From: Amphiscolops sp. MND2022
Taxonomy: Eukaryota
Direction of reading: 5' to 3'
Assembly: GCA_964187785.1 (NCBI GenBank)
Contig: OZ076409.1
Location: forward strand, 54,190,001-54,250,000
DNA length: 60,000 bases
In this document: positions 59,463-60,000 of the stretch, in pieces
Numbering within the stretch: the first letter of the stretch is position 1
Layout: each line of letters opens with the position of its first letter
Program-made: the position numbers and the translations under genes
The notes under the pieces: model-generated
Databases searched by the model: none
Told to the model about the DNA's origin: nothing
What the model saw: only the letters and a program-made list of their open reading frames with translations

Positions 59463-60000
59463 ATCAATGGACGTGAACCAATCCAATACATCTCTTCTGC
59501 AGTCCAATGTGTACAGGAAAACGATTCAACATTTACCAACATCAGTGAGGTAATTTATCTAACATCTGATTATTGTTTTTCATGTAAACGTCAGTTTACA
59601 TCTATGTATCAACTGATATTTACGCTGAAGACCACAAGCATTGTCGCAATGGGACAGCTTGAAAACACAGAATTGGAGAAACAATCAAGGCCTTTATGTG
59701 AACATTGTGTCAAATACAAAACGTCACATGAAAGAGGGTTCGAGAATTTCGATAATGCATGGCCTCGTGTTCTGTGGTCTTATTTGAGTAAAGGCGGTGA
59801 TGAATCATGTCAATTGTGGAAATTGTTACCTGTAACGATGAAAGAAAGTTGGCTACATACTAACTGTTTAGAAAACATAAACTTTCATCAATCAATCAAT
59901 TTCGTAACGGTGTCCGTTTTGCAAGACCTTACGCACAATTTGAAAGGCTTCAATACCTTCAAGGAAACTTGGGATTCTTCGAAGATGAGGAACAAACTGA
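59448..60000 (+). CDS. Open frame running off the window; Cys-pair and Trp-rich, unknown product
   Basis: Stop-free for about 184 codons: CFSCKRQ...LCEHCVKY...NAWPRVLWSYL...LWKLLP...ESW. Confidence 0.45.

Overview
Eukaryotic, intron-containing, repeat-rich DNA with AT-rich host sequence; most likely an invertebrate animal, but the species cannot be determined. The main feature is an 18.9-kb Ty3/Gypsy LTR retrotransposon (2588-21477; LTRs about 730 bp and about 99% identical) with an unusual cargo. It has a 2.7-kb leader and a tRNA-Arg-like PBS set 15 nt away from the LTR. Its roughly 3100-aa Gag-Pol contains a degenerate protease-like domain before the active protease, a dUTPase-like domain, and an integrase tail with an AT-hook, a Cys motif and two tandem TARG1/OARD1-like macrodomains. 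A separate, intact 1435-aa ORF3 sits in the env position behind a branch point/splice acceptor and carries an SGNH-esterase-like domain rather than Env hallmarks. The window also holds a tandem LTR-leader array of a related family (1-1877, minus strand) and a 7-kb BEL/Pao element (49476-56502) nested in a Helentron-type non-autonomous element inside a host intron. Other repeats are three families of HINE/DINE-1-like elements (some with tRNA-derived pieces), copia, hAT and LINE remnants, a roughly 187-bp tandem repeat and several foldback palindromes. Two host genes are recognisable: a 3-exon SET plus C-terminal MYND gene (+) and a PHF7/G2E3-like PHD-finger gene (-). All domain calls were made by eye from motifs, without database searches.
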